Assembly (NCBI GenBank): GCA_041179105.1
Contig: JBEGUC010000003.1
Span: forward strand, 1,732-65,731
DNA: 64,000 bases
DNA from: Verrucomicrobiota bacterium
Lineage (GTDB): Bacteria; Verrucomicrobiota; Verrucomicrobiia; Verrucomicrobiales; Akkermansiaceae
Direction: 5' to 3'
Shown piece by piece: positions 27,215 through 36,900 of the stretch. A program made the translations under genes and the position numbers. Position 1 is the stretch's first letter, and every line of letters begins with the position of its first letter. Below the pieces are notes generated by a model. That model searched no databases and was not told the DNA's origin. It worked only from the letters and a program-made list of their open reading frames with translations.

Positions 27215-29104
27215 ATGGCTGACAATCAGACGACCGTCGCACTCAACATCGGCTCCCAGCGCATCAGCATGGCCGTTTTCGAAGTCTCGAAAAGTGGCGG
27301 CTTGGCACTCACCGCTTATGGCTCGGAGACCATCGTCGCGGATCCCGCGCTGGATGCCTCCAAAATCTCCCAGAGCCGGGTCGCCATCGCCGATCTCGCC
27401 AAGCGCCTCAAAGTCGGTAAGGTCAAGACCCGCTATGCTATTTCCGGCCAGTCGGTTTTCACCCGCTTCGTCAAGCTCCCGCCGCTGCAAGACGACAACA
27501 TCGAGCAGTTGGTCACTTTCGAGGCACAGCAGCATGTGCCTTTCCCGTTACAGGAAGTCGTTTGGGATTACGAACTCATCGAAGGCGCGACCGAGAAAGA
27601 AGCCGTCATCGTCGCCATCAAAGCCGACGCGCTCGATGAAATCAACGCAGCCGTCAACGACAGCGGCCTCGGCACCTCGGAGGTGGATGTCGCCCCGATG
27701 GCGATTTATAACGCTTTCCGCGCCACCTACGGGAACCCCGAAGAGCCGATTCTGCTCATCGATATCGGGGCAAAAACAAGCAATCTTCTCTATATCGAAG
27801 GTCGGCGCTTCTTCACTCGCGGCATCGCCATCGGCGGAGCGGCGGTCACGGCAGCCATCGCCAAGGAATACGGCATTCCCTTCATGGAGGCCGAGCACCA
27901 GAAAATCACCAACGGTCTCGTCGCCCTCAGCGGCGGCCACACCGAGCAATTGGACGAAGCGGTCGCAGCACTCGCCATGGTCATCCGCAACGCGCTGACC
28001 CGGCTTCCTGCGGAAATTGCTCGCACCACCAATTATTACCGCAGCCAACACGGCGGTAGCGCTCCCCGGCGGGTGCTGCTGGCAGGCGGTGGTGCCAATC
28101 TTCCTTACACCCTCGAGTTTTTCAATGAGAAGCTCAACCTCCCGGTCGAGTATTTCAACCCGGTCCGGAACCTCACCATCGGCAAGAATGTCGATCCGGC
28201 AGACGTCCAAAGAGAAGGTCACCTGATGGGCGAACTCGTCGGCCTCGGCCTCCGTGGCATCGGCAAATCCGCCATCAACATCGATTTGGTGCCTCAAGTC
28301 GTCGAGCAATCGAGGGCGGCGGACCGGCGCAAGCCATTCCTCATCGCCGCCGCCGCCGTCTTGCTGGGCGGGATGGCATTGTGGGCCACCTTCGAAAACA
28401 TCGCCGCCTCCAAAGCCGCAGAAGAGACGAAGACGATGGAGGACTCGCACGAGGCACTTGCCCTTCTCAAAGCGGAGATTGAGCCGCTTTTGAAAAAGGA
28501 AGATAGCCTCCGCCAGATTGCGACCGGCTACACCGACGCGGAATCCGCCCACGTGTTTTGGATCGATCTGTTGGCTGAAGTCCGTGGTGCCTTGGCCAGC
28601 GATGCCGTTTGGGTGAGCGACTTGGAACCCCTTCAGGGCTACATTCCACCACCGCCAGGAGTGAAAATCGCCAGCGGAAAGTCGGAGAACGCCAAGGATC
28701 AGAACGACAAGGACTCGAGTGGCAAATCCATCATAAAATCTGACTTCCTGACCGCCCCCTACGGCAGCTCGTCGCTGGTGGAGCTCAAGATCGAAGCCCC
28801 CGTCCAAGGCAAAAAACCGAGGTCCGCCGCCGCCGCCGCCACCACCACGGCGACCGCCAACGCCGTCCGGATCAATGGCTTCTGGCGGGAAAATCCAAAA
28901 AGCCAGAACGTCGTTTCTGAGCTTTTAAAAAACCTGCGCGACAAGTCCACCGCCTTCCGTTTCAAGGTCAAGGACGCCAAAGGCGCGGAGATCATTCTCA
29001 ACGACGATCAAATCCTCAACAACACCGTGGTCGGCAAGGCCGGCGAGTTGGGCCTGCCCTTTGAAATCACTCTGCCTTTGACCCGCGAAGTCGCGATCAA
29101 GTAA
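27215..29104 (+). CDS. PilM-PilN fusion (Amuc_1101-like)
   Basis: Actin-like PilM motifs (ALNIGS, FEAQQHVPFP, IDIGAKTSN, LAGGGA), then a PilN-type INIDLVP motif, a TM helix and W..LL.E....L...VW. Confidence 0.85.
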   Translation: MADNQTTVALNIGSQRISMAVFEVSKSGGLALTAYGSETIVADPALDASKISQSRVAIADLAKRLKVGKVKTRYAISGQSVFTRFVKLPPLQDDNIEQLVTFEAQQHVPFPLQEVVWDYELIEGATEKEAVIVAIKADALDEINAAVNDSGLGTSEVDVAPMAIYNAFRATYGNPEEPILLIDIGAKTSNLLYIEGRRFFTRGIAIGGAAVTAAIAKEYGIPFMEAEHQKITNGLVALSGGHTEQLDEAVAALAMVIRNALTRLPAEIARTTNYYRSQHGGSAPRRVLLAGGGANLPYTLEFFNEKLNLPVEYFNPVRNLTIGKNVDPADVQREGHLMGELVGLGLRGIGKSAINIDLVPQVVEQSRAADRRKPFLIAAAAVLLGGMALWATFENIAASKAAEETKTMEDSHEALALLKAEIEPLLKKEDSLRQIATGYTDAESAHVFWIDLLAEVRGALASDAVWVSDLEPLQGYIPPPPGVKIASGKSENAKDQNDKDSSGKSIIKSDFLTAPYGSSSLVELKIEAPVQGKKPRSAAAAATTTATANAVRINGFWRENPKSQNVVSELLKNLRDKSTAFRFKVKDAKGAEIILNDDQILNNTVVGKAGELGLPFEITLPLTREVAIK

Positions 29105-29132
29105 GATTCGTCAACAATTTGCCATCTGAAAT

Positions 29133-30098
29133 ATGAGTTGGATTAAGGATAACAAGTTCATCGCCTCCCTCGGGGGAGGGACCCTCGTGGGAGCCATCCT
29201 GCTGTTTTTCGTCGGCTTCCAAGGGGCCGGTCGCTACGCGCAAGCGAAGGAAAAATTCGAAGTCGCCGCCGCTGAGGCCGCTGAGTTTGAAAAACTCGCG
29301 CTCTATCCGCAAGCCGCCAACCGCGATGCCAAGCGCAAGGCGCTTGAAGGCTACCGCCAATCGGTGGAATCCTTGCAAACCGCCTTCGCCCCATTCCGGC
29401 CCAGCGCAATCACCAACATCACTCCCCAAGAATTCACCACCCGCCTATTGGCCGCCAACACGGAAGTTCGGAAAGCCTTCGAGGATGGCGGGGCCACCGT
29501 TCCTGAGGCGTTTTTTGTCGGCTTCGAGGGTTATAAAACCGTCCTGGCTCCCGCCAAAACCACCGGCGTGCTCGACTACCAACTCGCGTCCATCAAGAAG
29601 CTCATGCTGGATCTCGCCAAGGCAAAACCCGCCGAGCTGAAGAACCTCCATCGCCCCGCCCTGTCCGAAGAAGAGGGGAAAGACTACGTGCCCACCGCCA
29701 CCGCAGCCGCGCGCCCGTTCCCTCTGGAAATTACCTTCGTCGGGCCGGAGAAATCGGTGCGCGACTTCCTTTCCTCCATCACCCGGCCGGAGAGCCAATA
29801 CGTCGTGATCCGCTCGCTACGAATCACCAACGATAAAAAGGATCCGCCGCGCACCACCGACGCCAAGTTTGACAAGCCCGCCGAAGCTAAGGCCGCCACC
29901 GCAGACGTCCTTGGCGGAGGATTCGTGCTCCCGGGCGATGAAGCCGCTGCCCCGGCCCCGGTCACCGCTCCGGCGGCAGAAGCTCCCAAAGCCGCTGATT
30001 CCAGCCGGATTCTCGCGCAAGTGCTTGGCAACGAGCAAGTCCAAGTGTTTCTCCGGCTCGACGTCCTCCAATTTCTTCCCGCGAAGAATCTTCCTTAA
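29133..30098 (+). CDS. Amuc_1100-like pilus protein (PilO position)
   Basis: MSWIK.NKF, single TM, coiled region, F..GFE.Y, PLEITF.G.E.SVR.FL, Y.VIRSLRI.N, VLG.E.V.V...LD; position in cluster. Confidence 0.75.
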   Translation: MSWIKDNKFIASLGGGTLVGAILLFFVGFQGAGRYAQAKEKFEVAAAEAAEFEKLALYPQAANRDAKRKALEGYRQSVESLQTAFAPFRPSAITNITPQEFTTRLLAANTEVRKAFEDGGATVPEAFFVGFEGYKTVLAPAKTTGVLDYQLASIKKLMLDLAKAKPAELKNLHRPALSEEEGKDYVPTATAAARPFPLEITFVGPEKSVRDFLSSITRPESQYVVIRSLRITNDKKDPPRTTDAKFDKPAEAKAATADVLGGGFVLPGDEAAAPAPVTAPAAEAPKAADSSRILAQVLGNEQVQVFLRLDVLQFLPAKNLP

Positions 30099-30124
30099 CC
30101 CTGACAACCGCCCATCTCCCAACC

Positions 30125-31177
30125 ATGTCCTGGTTTGCAAAGAATTACGAAAAAGCCGCACTCGGCGGAACCGTGGCCGCCGCACTCGGCCTCGCCTTCA
30201 TGGGTTACTCCAAGTTCGCGGGTGTCGAGCAAGACTTCGGTGCCGACCTCAAGGGGCAGGGGAGTAACAACGCCGCAGTCCGCGACGCCGACCTCATTCC
30301 CAAGACGCTGGCCTCTCTCAAGCTCGACCGTGCTTGGAATCAAGCGCTCGATGGAGAACGCCAGGTGGACCTCTTCACCGGCATCCCGCTGTTTCTCTCC
30401 AGCCTCGCGCCGGAAAAGCCCCTCGACCTCCTGAAAGGCGAGCCCGTCCATCCGCCCATTCCCAACGTCTGGTGGATCGGAAATCGCCTCGACCCCGGAT
30501 TCGCGGATTCGCCAAGCCGGGATCCGGATCAGGATGGATTCTCCAATCTCGAGGAATTCACCTCCAAGACCGACCCCAACAACCCCGATTCGCTGCCTTC
30601 CTTGATCGCGAAGTTGATGTACGTGAAGGACGAAAGCCTCACTTGGGTCCTCCGTCCGGGATACGGTTCGGATGGCAGTTTTCCCTTCAATTATCAGGAC
30701 ACCAAAGGCGGCGTCAACAAGACCGGCGCGGCTGACATGATCGCTCCCGGCGGGCTCTTCTTTCCAAAACCTCCGATGAAGGACCGCTTCAAGCTTCTCA
30801 GCTCGGAAGTCCGCAAGGAACTCAACAAGAAGATCAATATCGAGATGGAAGTCACCATCGTGCGGATTGAAGACCAGCGCCCGAACAAAAAGGGCGTCAT
30901 CTATGAAATCCCATCGCCACTCTCGGAAGATCGCAAGAACGATCACCTGAAATACGACCGCACGGCCGTCTTCTCGCTCGAAGCGCTCGGCCTCAATGGC
31001 AAGGAGTTCCGAGTGGAGGAAAATACCAAGTTTGCACTTCCTCCGGACAGCCCCAAAAAGGACTACCTCGCCAAGATCGTCACTCCCGAATCGGTGACCG
31101 TCGAATACACCAACCCCGCCGGAGAGATTAAAACCTTCAAGATTGCCAAGGGCGGCCTCCCTTCCGCGGCAGAATAG
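30125..31177 (+). CDS. Amuc_1099-like pilus-system protein
   Basis: MSW..KNYEK, N-terminal TM, VHPPIPN.WW, DPDQDGFSNLEEF...TDP motif; directly upstream of the secretin. Confidence 0.7.
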   Translation: MSWFAKNYEKAALGGTVAAALGLAFMGYSKFAGVEQDFGADLKGQGSNNAAVRDADLIPKTLASLKLDRAWNQALDGERQVDLFTGIPLFLSSLAPEKPLDLLKGEPVHPPIPNVWWIGNRLDPGFADSPSRDPDQDGFSNLEEFTSKTDPNNPDSLPSLIAKLMYVKDESLTWVLRPGYGSDGSFPFNYQDTKGGVNKTGAADMIAPGGLFFPKPPMKDRFKLLSSEVRKELNKKINIEMEVTIVRIEDQRPNKKGVIYEIPSPLSEDRKNDHLKYDRTAVFSLEALGLNGKEFRVEENTKFALPPDSPKKDYLAKIVTPESVTVEYTNPAGEIKTFKIAKGGLPSAAE

Positions 31178-31237
31178 AATCTCTCAATAAATCGCTTTCC
31201 AAACCTCGAAAACATCGCCAGAAAACTCCATCTCACC

Positions 31238-33874
31238 ATGCAAAAAACGCCAATTTCCCGCTCCAGTCACACCGCCCTCGTGTTGATGGCCGTGGCATCT
31301 TCCATGCCCGTCACCGTTACGGTTGCCACTGCCGGCGAAGGCAGCTCGGGTCTCAGTGGTCTTGCCCAGCGCGAAATGATTCGCCGCCAAGATGCTGTTG
31401 CTCAAGGCGATGCGCTCTTGAATGAAGGCCGCGAGGCTTATGCCAAAGGTGACTATCAGCAGGCGGTTGACAAATACCGGCAAGGGCTTGATAGCCTTCC
31501 TGACGCGCCGATGTTGTCGGATCGCCGTAAGAGCTACATCGCGCATTTGAGCGACGCCAGCATCGCCCTCGCCATGCAGCACCGCAAAGTCGGCAAATAC
31601 CCGGAAGCCCGCACCCTGCTCGAAGGCGTCCTCGCCATGGATCCGGACAATGCTGCCGCCAAGCAGGAACTCGGGTATCTCGACGATCCGATCCGCACCA
31701 ACCCCGGTCTCACTTACGAGCACACTCAGAACATCGACAAGGTGCGCCGCGGCCTTTACACCGCAGAGGGGAATTACAACCTGGGCAAATATGACGACGC
31801 CAAGCGCGAATACAACAGCGTCCTGCGCTTGGACGCCTACAACTCCGCCGCCCGCCGCGGATTGGAGAAAATTGCCTCCGCCAAGTCCGATTACTACCGC
31901 GCCGCTTACGACCACACTCGCGCCGAGCTTCTCGGCCAGGTGGACGCCGCTTGGGAACTCTCCGTCCCCGCAGAAGCGCCTCTCGCGGACCAAACCGCTT
32001 TCGGCTCCGAGAGCGTCAGCACGGGAGTCGTTTACATCACCGAAAAGCTCAAGCGCATCATCATTCCGCGGATTGATTTCGAGGACACCACCGTCGAGGA
32101 AGCCATTGATTTTCTCCGTCTGCGGGCCGCCGAGCTCGACACCACTGAGCTCGATCCCGCCCGCAAAGGCGTGAACTTCGTCATCCGTCGTCCGCGCGCT
32201 GCCGCCGCTGCGGCGGCCCCTGCCGTCGATGCCGGGTTGCCAGCGGGAGGCGGTGACGCGCTCCCACTTGCCGCCGCAGATCCAGGCACGCTCCGGGTTC
32301 GCGAACTCCGGATTCGCAACGTGCCGCTCGCTGTGGCGCTCAAGTACATCTGTGACCAAACCAAGCTCCGCACCAAGGTCGATGACTTTGCTGTCACGCT
32401 CGTGCCACTCACCGAAGGCGGTGAGGACAACTTCACCCGCACCTTCCGCGTCCCGCCGGACTTCAACACCGCGCTCGACAGCAGCGGTGGCGGAAGCGAA
32501 GGCGGCGATGCCGCTGCCGATCCCTTCGCCGAGACCAAGACGGGTGCAGCCACTTTGACGGCGCGCAAGCCAATTCTCGACCTCCTCAAGGCCGCTGGCA
32601 TCAACTTCGGTGACGGCAGCTCCGCCACCTTGAGCAGCTCCGGTGTCCTCCTCGTCACCAACACTCCCACCGAGCTCGATAAACTCGAGCAACTCGTCCA
32701 AACGATCAGCAACACCAAGCCCAAGCAGGTCAAGATCACCACCAAGTTCATCGAAATCTCCCAGGAGAATAACGAGGAGCTCGGCTTCGACTGGATCGTC
32801 GGCCCCTTTGGCAATCCTGACGGCAATGTCTTCGGCAGTGGCGGCACCGTCGGTAATGGTGCGCCCCGCACTTCGGGAGACTTCATCAACCCGGTCAACT
32901 ACACGACCATTCCTGGAATTCCTGTTTCCCCGACGCAGGCAGTTTCAAACATCGTCACCAGCGGATTGCGATCCGGTGACTCTGCGGTGGACCGCAATTC
33001 GATCGATGCCATTCTGAACAATCCAAGGCGGACCGCGACGCAGGCCAATGTCGCGCCCGGCATCATGTCGCTCACCGGCCTCTTTTCGGAAGGCCAAGTG
33101 CAAATGATGATGCGCGGACTTTCTCAGAAAAAAGGTGCCGACCTGATGACGGCACCTTCGGTGACCGCCAAGTCTGGCCAGAAGGCCACCATCGAGATCA
33201 TTCGTGAGTTTATCTACCCGACCGAATACGAACCCCCAGAACTTCCACAGTCTGTCGGTGGTGGCAGCACGTTTAGCTCTGGCCTCGGCGGCGGCCTCGG
33301 CGGTCTGAGCGGCAGCTCGTCCGGCAGCTTCCCAGTCACTCCCGCCACGCCGACCGCGTTTGAAACCCGCAACACCGGCATCACCTTGGAAATCGAGCCG
33401 ACCATCGGCGAAAACGACTTCGTTATCGACTTACGCTTCGTGCCCGAAATCGTCGAATTCGAAGGATTTATCAACTACGGCAGCCCAATTCAAACTTCTG
33501 GCAGCGATATTTTTGGAAATCCAATCACCACGGTGATCACCGAGAATCGCATTGAAATGCCGGTATTCTCGGTCCGCCGCGTCAATACCTCGCTCACGAT
33601 TTATGACGGATACACGGTGGCCGTCGGTGGTCTGATGCGTGAAGACGTCCAAAATGTGGAAGACAAGGTGCCGATTCTGGGTGACATTCCGATCATCGGT
33701 CGCCTTTTCCAGTCCAAGGGCGAAAACCGCATCAAGAGTAACCTCATCATCTTCGTGACGGCACAAATTATCGACGCGACAGGTCGTCCGCTCCGTGGAG
33801 CGGATGCCGGCCAATCGCTGCCGGCTGCTGGCGGTGCCGAACAAATCGGTGACGGCGTGCTTCCGCCGCTGTGA
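31238..33874 (+). CDS. Secretin with N-terminal TPRs (Amuc_1098-like PilQ/GspD)
   Basis: TPR region, N-domains, QVKI..KF.EI, ELGFDW, AP.VTAKSGQ.A.I, G..LE..P.I, DG.TV..GGL, KVPILGDIPIIGRLF. Confidence 0.93.
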   Translation: MQKTPISRSSHTALVLMAVASSMPVTVTVATAGEGSSGLSGLAQREMIRRQDAVAQGDALLNEGREAYAKGDYQQAVDKYRQGLDSLPDAPMLSDRRKSYIAHLSDASIALAMQHRKVGKYPEARTLLEGVLAMDPDNAAAKQELGYLDDPIRTNPGLTYEHTQNIDKVRRGLYTAEGNYNLGKYDDAKREYNSVLRLDAYNSAARRGLEKIASAKSDYYRAAYDHTRAELLGQVDAAWELSVPAEAPLADQTAFGSESVSTGVVYITEKLKRIIIPRIDFEDTTVEEAIDFLRLRAAELDTTELDPARKGVNFVIRRPRAAAAAAAPAVDAGLPAGGGDALPLAAADPGTLRVRELRIRNVPLAVALKYICDQTKLRTKVDDFAVTLVPLTEGGEDNFTRTFRVPPDFNTALDSSGGGSEGGDAAADPFAETKTGAATLTARKPILDLLKAAGINFGDGSSATLSSSGVLLVTNTPTELDKLEQLVQTISNTKPKQVKITTKFIEISQENNEELGFDWIVGPFGNPDGNVFGSGGTVGNGAPRTSGDFINPVNYTTIPGIPVSPTQAVSNIVTSGLRSGDSAVDRNSIDAILNNPRRTATQANVAPGIMSLTGLFSEGQVQMMMRGLSQKKGADLMTAPSVTAKSGQKATIEIIREFIYPTEYEPPELPQSVGGGSTFSSGLGGGLGGLSGSSSGSFPVTPATPTAFETRNTGITLEIEPTIGENDFVIDLRFVPEIVEFEGFINYGSPIQTSGSDIFGNPITTVITENRIEMPVFSVRRVNTSLTIYDGYTVAVGGLMREDVQNVEDKVPILGDIPIIGRLFQSKGENRIKSNLIIFVTAQIIDATGRPLRGADAGQSLPAAGGAEQIGDGVLPPL

Positions 33875-33917
33875 AATTTCCGAGTGCAGATCCCTTGATC
33901 GTATAAACCTACTTAAG

Positions 33918-36900
33918 ATGAAACATTACGCCACCCAGTGTGTGAAGGGATTCTTTGCGCCCATGCTCGCTGTAAAGCTGCTCTTGGTTTCGCTTGGATT
34001 GACCCTCAATGCCTTTGCTCAGTATCCTGGGCAGCCTGAAAATGCTGATTTGTGGCGCGAATGGATGTCTATCCGGCAGCGGGAGCCGAGCATGATCAGT
34101 GGGCCGCGAATGTATCTGATGACGGATCGGGAGATTCTTCAAACCAGCCCGGATAGTGCCTCATTCCAGAATGGCGGCTATCGAATGATTCTGGCGGATG
34201 GCAGTGTCCCGGATACCGATGGCGATGTGGATGGCTACACGGATGTGTTTGAGTTTGGGCCTCCGTATAAATCAAATCAAAATAGTCCGTCAAGTATTCC
34301 CCGTGATGGCGATGGCAATCCACTTCTGACAGATGCATTTTCTATTCTGATGGCGGATGGGTCGGTTTTGGGGGTTGCGGATAGCACCCTGTTTTCAAGT
34401 ACCCAAGCGACTCTGGTGAAGAACGGCTCCGGCTCTGCCGTGCGTGTGATCGCCGCACCAGCCTCGGAATTCGTGCGTCCCGTTCCGTTCCGAGATTTCT
34501 CCAGTCTGTTTTATTATTATTTTAAAAACCCGGGCCAAACGACGGGGACCTACATTAAATATCCACTTTCACTGTACACGTTGCAGAAGGATTATCCGAA
34601 TCCTCAGGACTGCAACACTCTCGAAACCACTATAGTTCCCGGGGAATACAAGGTGGAGTTTCCAACCATCTTAAATGCGCCCCTCGGCAAGTCGAATGCA
34701 TCGGCGTTTCATCGACTGGTTCCCAATGGCTCCCTGACCCGCAGCTTGAAAAAGCCAACTTGGCTGATCCGTTCACTCACCTCCATTGAGAAGGAAAATA
34801 CTCTTCCCGTCGCCCAAAAATGGGTGAATGGGAAATTGAAATTCGATTCTTATCTGCCATTGACCCTCAACTGGGATAATCTCGTCAACGGTGGCCTTGC
34901 AACGGGCAATGACTACATTGAGGTCACGATCGAGGATGAAACCCTCGGCCAAGTCAGCTACACATTCCGGGTGAACGCGGTCACGTCCTCCTTAGATCTC
35001 AGTTTGATTGATGCGACGAATCTTGTTTACGGCACCATTGCTCAGCGTATTGCTGGCGCCGATCTTAACTCTGATCCTACAGATCCAGTAAGGCTGGCTC
35101 GCCCGCTCCATGAGTCGATCAAGGGCCATATTGTGATGAAATACCTTCGGTATGCCAATCGGCAGGCTTCAGCCGATCTTTCCTCCGTCACCGTCCGCGT
35201 TCCGATTGAGATGGCGGTGACTTACAACTCATGGAGAAAGCAGCTTTTCCCCTCGAATTCAACGAATGATTCCATTTCCGGTCCAAATGCGGACCCCGAC
35301 GGCGACGGTCTGACCAATCAACAGGAATTTAACCAAGCCTCGGACCCCAAGGTGGCGACCATCGTCATCGACACGCCCACCCGGACGGACATCACCTTCA
35401 ATTCCGCAACATTGGGTGGAACGGTTAAAATTGATCCGTCCTCCGCCAACGTCATTACCGAACGGGGTGTGGTTTATTCGGTGTCATCAACCAATCCCTT
35501 CCCGATCATCGGCGGAGCCGGAGTCAACAAGGCGGTGTGGTTAGGAAATAATCCAGCCCCCGACCCCACCCCCGCTCCAGCCCCCGCCCCGTCAGATGAT
35601 ACCGATCAGGACAAACTTTCCGACAAATGGGAGCGATTATTTTTCGATAATCTAGCGCAAGTAGGCACAGGTGATCGTGATGCTGATGGTCTTAGTAATG
35701 AGGTTGAAGAGACGATTGGCTCCAATCCGACAAGTGTGGATAATGATGTCGATCAGGACCAACTTTACGACACATGGGAGCGATTCTATTTCGGCAATCT
35801 AAGGCAATCAGGTACAGGTGATCTGGATGATGACGGTCATAGTAATGAGGTTGAAGAAACGGCTGGCACCAATCCGAAAGTCATCAATGGCTTCGAGGTC
35901 GATGTCACCGGTCTCACGCCGGGCACCACCTACACTTTCAAGGCTTACGTGACTAGCACGGTCGGTACTAAATACACCACGGTAAGCACCTTTACAACGT
36001 TGCGGACACCATTAAAGAACCCAACTGTCACAGCTGTCACCTCGAATGCAGCCACTCTAGGCGCGACGGTAACTGGAAGCGGTTTTACGATCTATGAACG
36101 CGGTGTGGTTTATTCTGAGTCCTTGACCAATCCCTTCCCGACCGTCGATGGGCCTGGAGTGGACAGGGCGGTCTGGACACAAAAAGCTCCAGCTGCCGAT
36201 CCTGTCCCGGCGGATGATATTGATACAGACAAGCTTTCCGATATATGGGAAAAGCTGTACTTCGTAGATCTGAACCAATTAGGCACGGGTGATTTTGATG
36301 GTGACGGTCAAAGTAATGAAGTTGAAGAGACGAATGGCTCGAATCCCACAAAAAGCGGTGATTTCGTAGTCAGTGTCGCAAGTCTGGCTTCAGGCACTCG
36401 GTACTCCTTCAGTGGCTATGTGATTACCGATCTGGGCACCTTCTACACTGAGCCAGTATCGACCTTCACGACTTTCCCCGCATCCTCCGTCACGCCTCCG
36501 GTCGTGACCACACCAACCAGTAGCGGAATCAGCAGCGTTTCCGTCACTTTAGGCGGGAATGTGACCAGCGCAGGAAATTCAGCCATCACCGAAAGAGGCG
36601 TGGTTTACTCGCCCATCATTGATAATGAGGACCCATTCCTCGGCGACTCGGGAGTGCTCCAAAAAGCCGCACCCGGAACGACGACGGGTGTGTTCACCGT
36701 CAGTGTCATCGGACTTTTGCCTAACACTGCGTATGCCTTCAGGGCTTATGCAATCAACGCCGTTGGCACTGCTCACACCCTAGACATGGGGACTTTCACC
36801 ACTGCGAGCGCGCCGCTCATCACTTCTCCTACGGCGACGAACATCACCTCGTTGTCTGCCACTCTTGGTGGTGACGTGACCGATAGTGGCGGATCTCCGG

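Noticed and set aside
31184-32701. 505-aa antisense ORF opposite the secretin (similarly 27548-28807, 16530-17954, 8456-9286)
   Set aside because: Shadow ORFs expected from GC-rich codon bias on the strand opposite well-supported genes; no motifs
33795-33917. Extended N-terminus of the giant ORF overlapping the secretin
   Set aside because: The signal peptide begins at ATG 33918; the extension is just open frame
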